DNA of 64,000 nucleotides from Gammaproteobacteria bacterium (GTDB lineage Bacteria; Pseudomonadota; Gammaproteobacteria; JABCZS01): NCBI GenBank assembly GCA_021773275.1, contig JAJFKJ010000013.1, positions 2,092 to 66,091 of the forward strand, read 5' to 3'. Shown piece by piece: positions 61,129 to 64,000 of this stretch (position 1 is its first letter; each line of letters starts with the position of its first letter). The notes under the pieces were generated by a model. It saw only the letters and a program-made list of their open reading frames with translations, ran no database searches and was not told where the DNA came from. The position numbers and the translations under genes were made by a program.

Positions 61129-61289
61129 CCCAAGGTGATCAACATTTTTTCATTAGTAAGCAAACTACTGACAACCAAACCCGCATGCAAATGTCTGTGC
61201 TCAGCAAAGAACAGCGCATCGAAGAAATCGCCGGTATGCTAGGCGGCGTGAAAATCACTGAAAAAACTTTGGAACACGCTCAAGAGATG
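61129..61289 (+). repeat. Diverged direct repeat of the recN 3' end (~161 bp, ~90% identical to 55996-56156), at the right boundary of the ankyrin island
   Basis: cccaaggtgatcaacattttttcattagtaagcaaactactgacaaccaaacccgca[c/t]gcaaatgtctgtgctcagcaaagaacagcgcatcgaagaaatcgcc... The differences are mostly at third codon positions. The copy ends with a different terminal codon run (…EMLQCAIP*). Confidence 0.8.
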
Positions 61290-61366
61290 CTACAGTGCGC
61301 AATTCCATAGCATATTTTCTCATTTGACCCTATACTTAACTTTTTACTAAACCAGAGGACAGCTTC

Positions 61367-62272
61367 TTGAATATTGCGATTCTTTCCAGAAATAAAAAAT
61401 TATACTCGACCAAAAGACTGATTGAAGCAGCAAAAGTTAGAGGCCACGAAGTATATGTGCTTGATTATGTTCATACGTACATGAATATCACTTCAGCAAA
61501 GCCCTCCGTACACTACAAAGGCGAAACCTTGCCACATTTTGATGCCGTCATTCCGCGTATTGGCGCAAGCCACACTTTTTACGGTTCTGCTGTAGTTCGC
61601 CAATTAGAAGCGATGCGCATATACAGCATCAACCCTTCGATTGGTATTAACCGCTCGCGTGATAAACTACGCTCGCTGCAACTTCTATCGCGCAAAGGCA
61701 TTGACATGCCGATCACAGGCTTCGCCAACTCCCCCAATGATGTTAATGATTTAATCAAAATGGTAGGTGGCGCGCCAGTGATTATCAAACTGCTAGAAGG
61801 AACTCAAGGTGTTGGCGTGGTACTTGCCGAAACCAAAAAAGCTGCTGAAAGTGTTATTGAGGCTTTTATGGGTTTAAAAACAAACATTATTGTGCAAGAA
61901 TTTATTGAAGAAAGTAAAGGTTCAGATATCCGTGCTTTTGTCATTGGCGACAAAGTTGTGGCTGCCATTAAACGTGAGGCCGAACCTGGAGATTTCCGCT
62001 CAAACTTACATCGAGGCGGCACAGCGTCACTTGTAAAAATAACCAAGGCTGAACGCGAAGCTGCACTGCAAGCTGCAAAAACCATGGGTTTGAAAATGGC
62101 TGGGGTAGACTTGTTGCGTTCTGATCGCGGCCCACTGATCATGGAGGTCAATTCTTCTCCTGGGCTTGAAGGCATAGAAGTAGCAACCGGAAAAGATGTT
62201 GCAGGCATGATCATCGAATATATCGAGAAACATGCAAAACCTATCAATCCCAAAAGTAGGTACCAAGGTTAG
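61367..62272 (+). CDS. rimK: Ribosomal protein S6 modification enzyme RimK (ATP-grasp glutamate ligase)
   Basis: TTG start. (M)[28 protein letters not shown] aligns with the E. coli RimK N-terminus. ATP-grasp motifs present. Confidence 0.9.
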   Translation: MNIAILSRNKKLYSTKRLIEAAKVRGHEVYVLDYVHTYMNITSAKPSVHYKGETLPHFDAVIPRIGASHTFYGSAVVRQLEAMRIYSINPSIGINRSRDKLRSLQLLSRKGIDMPITGFANSPNDVNDLIKMVGGAPVIIKLLEGTQGVGVVLAETKKAAESVIEAFMGLKTNIIVQEFIEESKGSDIRAFVIGDKVVAAIKREAEPGDFRSNLHRGGTASLVKITKAEREAALQAAKTMGLKMAGVDLLRSDRGPLIMEVNSSPGLEGIEVATGKDVAGMIIEYIEKHAKPINPKSRYQG

Positions 62273-62280
62273 GAGCACTT

Positions 62281-62760
62281 ATGAAACATTCAAAACTATT
62301 TGAAGATAAATTAGTGGTTGGTTGGCATGAATGGTGTGCCCTACCTAAGCTTGGCTTACCTGCCATTAAAGCAAAAATTGATACGGGTGCTAAAACTTCT
62401 TCTTTGCATGCTTTCGATATCAAGCCTTATAAGAAAAATCACAAAAATTTTGTTAAATTTGACATGCATCCGATACAGGGTGATAACGACTTAATTGTTC
62501 AGTGTCGAGCCGAAGTCATCGATATTCGCAATGTTATGAGCTCGAATGGCCATAAAGAAAAGCGTTTCGTTATCCTCACCCCAATCGAGCTGAATGGTAA
62601 GCGCTGGGAAATTGAGATGACACTTTCTAACCGCGACCCACTGGCTTTCCGTATGCTACTCGGGCGAGAAGCCATGGAGCGCCAAGTTATCGTGGACCCA
62701 CAACGCATAAACTGCCAGGGTAAAATGAGCAAGCGGCAGCAATACGCCCTATATGAATAA
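62281..62760 (+). CDS. RimK-associated retropepsin-like/putative zinc protease (DUF785/Zn_protease family)
   Basis: 159 aa. VGWHEWCALPKLGLPAIKAKIDTGAKTSSLHA has the DTGA aspartic-protease-like motif. It is the conserved partner immediately downstream of rimK. Confidence 0.65.
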   Translation: MKHSKLFEDKLVVGWHEWCALPKLGLPAIKAKIDTGAKTSSLHAFDIKPYKKNHKNFVKFDMHPIQGDNDLIVQCRAEVIDIRNVMSSNGHKEKRFVILTPIELNGKRWEIEMTLSNRDPLAFRMLLGREAMERQVIVDPQRINCQGKMSKRQQYALYE

Positions 62761-62795
62761 TCAATTTTAAGCTAAACTTACATCAACAACCAAGG

Positions 62796-63608
62796 ATGAT
62801 TGCTATGCTAGACGAAACCAGGGAATTTCTCTTAATTTATGGGGTCTATTTAAGAGACCTGTTTAAAGCCTATCTGCCAGACATTATAGGTTCAGCATTT
62901 ATTGTCCTATTTTTTTGGTTGTTTGCCTTTATCATCCGCCTGATAATGATACGTATTTTTCGAGGGCTCGATCGTGTTGTAGAACACAGAAATGGCAAGC
63001 AAGTCCCTGCACGTAAACACACAGCCTCAAGAATTGTGACTGATGTAGTTTTCTGGTTCCTAATTATTTTTGCATTGATTCTGGCTGCACAAAACCTAGG
63101 CTTCCCGCTTCTTATGCAGGTGATAAATTATCTACCTAATATTATGCTCGGAGGCATTATCGTTTTTATTGGTTATGTGCTCGGCAACTTGTTTTGTAAA
63201 ATACTACAAAATAGCTTATCAAATTTTGATAAAAAACGTGCCAATGCAACAGCACAACTTGCAAAATGGCTCACTATTGTGTTTTTTATCATTCTAGGTA
63301 TTGAGCAACTACATATCAATATTTCCTTATTATCAAACTTCACAATTATTGGTTTTGCTGCGGCTGTTTCCTGTGTAGCCTTGACATTTGCACTTTCATT
63401 TACCGAGATCTTGAAAAACACTCTGGCCTGCCAACAAATTCAAAAGCGAATTGAAATTGGTCGAAAGATAAGTATTGATGGTGTTCAGGGTAAGGTCATC
63501 GATTTTACACAAACGCACATTTTACTGGAGACTCAAGAAGGTGTTGCGCACATACCTGCACAACAATTCCAAAAAAACATATCTACCTATTTTACGGCAT
63601 TTAAATAA
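62796..63608 (+). CDS. Small mechanosensitive-channel-like membrane protein (MscS-family-like)
   Basis: 270 aa. Several TM helices and a C-terminal beta-rich segment ISIDGVQGKVIDFTQTHILLETQEGVAHIPAQQF, resembling the MscS beta-domain. Confidence 0.45.
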   Translation: MIAMLDETREFLLIYGVYLRDLFKAYLPDIIGSAFIVLFFWLFAFIIRLIMIRIFRGLDRVVEHRNGKQVPARKHTASRIVTDVVFWFLIIFALILAAQNLGFPLLMQVINYLPNIMLGGIIVFIGYVLGNLFCKILQNSLSNFDKKRANATAQLAKWLTIVFFIILGIEQLHINISLLSNFTIIGFAAAVSCVALTFALSFTEILKNTLACQQIQKRIEIGRKISIDGVQGKVIDFTQTHILLETQEGVAHIPAQQFQKNISTYFTAFK

Positions 63609-64000
63609 TGAGTTTAGATAAACTAACGCTGCACTATGCCAAAACATACCCTGACGAAGTGGCGCTCACACTTAACCAAGCCAGCACTTCCCATACCGCA
63701 GGCTTTTTGTCTGAGCTGGGGCCTGCACAGCAAGGTACCATCATCATGCACCTTATAAATGATGTCGCTTGTGATTATATCAAACAACTGGATGACCCCA
63801 GCGTAAAAACACTGTTTACGAGTGTCCCTCTGCAATCAGCTGTGCGCATGGCTTTAAAACTGGATGCTGAAACAAGAACACGTTGTTTGAAAATACTCCC
63901 AGTTGACCTCATTGCTAAAATCAAAGCGCTCATGCAATTTGGCCCTAATAGCATTGCTTCAAAAGTTGATACGGACGTATTTTCTTTTGATGAAAATTTA
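63608..64000 (+). CDS. mgtE: Magnesium transporter MgtE-like protein, N-terminal fragment (runs off window end)
   Basis: Own translation: MSLDKLTLHYAKTYPDEVALTLNQASTSHTAGFLSELGPAQQGTIIMHL...DDPSVKTLFTSVP. The helical-repeat pattern resembles the MgtE N-domain. The ATG overlaps the upstream stop (TAATG). Confidence 0.4.
   Translation, partial: MSLDKLTLHYAKTYPDEVALTLNQASTSHTAGFLSELGPAQQGTIIMHLINDVACDYIKQLDDPSVKTLFTSVPLQSAVRMALKLDAETRTRCLKILPVDLIAKIKALMQFGPNSIASKVDTDVFSFDENL

Noticed and set aside
60921-61242. ORFs 60921-61190 (-) and 60979-61242 (+) spanning the REP remnant and the recN-3' duplicate
   Set aside because: They are translations of repeat/REP sequence and of the out-of-frame recN remnant, with no independent coding signal.

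Overview
This window comes from a gammaproteobacterium with Legionellales-like traits, inferred from a eukaryotic-like Ser/Thr kinase and a 1.5-kb ankyrin-repeat protein. The conserved backbone is nusA'-rimP-tRNA-fMet, a complete nuoA-N operon on the minus strand, tRNA-Leu(GAG), secG-tpiA-glmM-folP-ftsH-rlmE with divergent yhbY, tgt, an FbpABC-like iron ABC transporter preceded by a Fur box, greA-carB-carA, hrcA-grpE-dnaK-dnaJ with a textbook sigma-32 promoter in front of dnaK, nadK-recN, and rimK with its partner protease. The accessory content is: two type II toxin-antitoxin pairs (PIN/RHH and higBA, each with a palindromic operator); a RAYT-type HUH transposase bounded by 22-bp inverted repeats, inserted between rlmE and yhbY; a GTAG-headed REP/REPIN family with at least 7 copies, some embedded in ~100-bp composite units; a second structured repeat family with 3 copies; a MITE-like element upstream of carA; a ~5-kb insertion after recN bounded by a diverged duplicate of the recN 3' end, carrying the ankyrin gene and a GNAT (AAC(6')-like) gene fragment; tandem paralogous membrane-anchored Cys-rich proteins of unknown family; and a tandem pair of proteins resembling Cys-type GrdA (selenoprotein A family) homologs, one of them exported. 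rimP appears truncated to its N-domain, with nusA starting inside its last codons.
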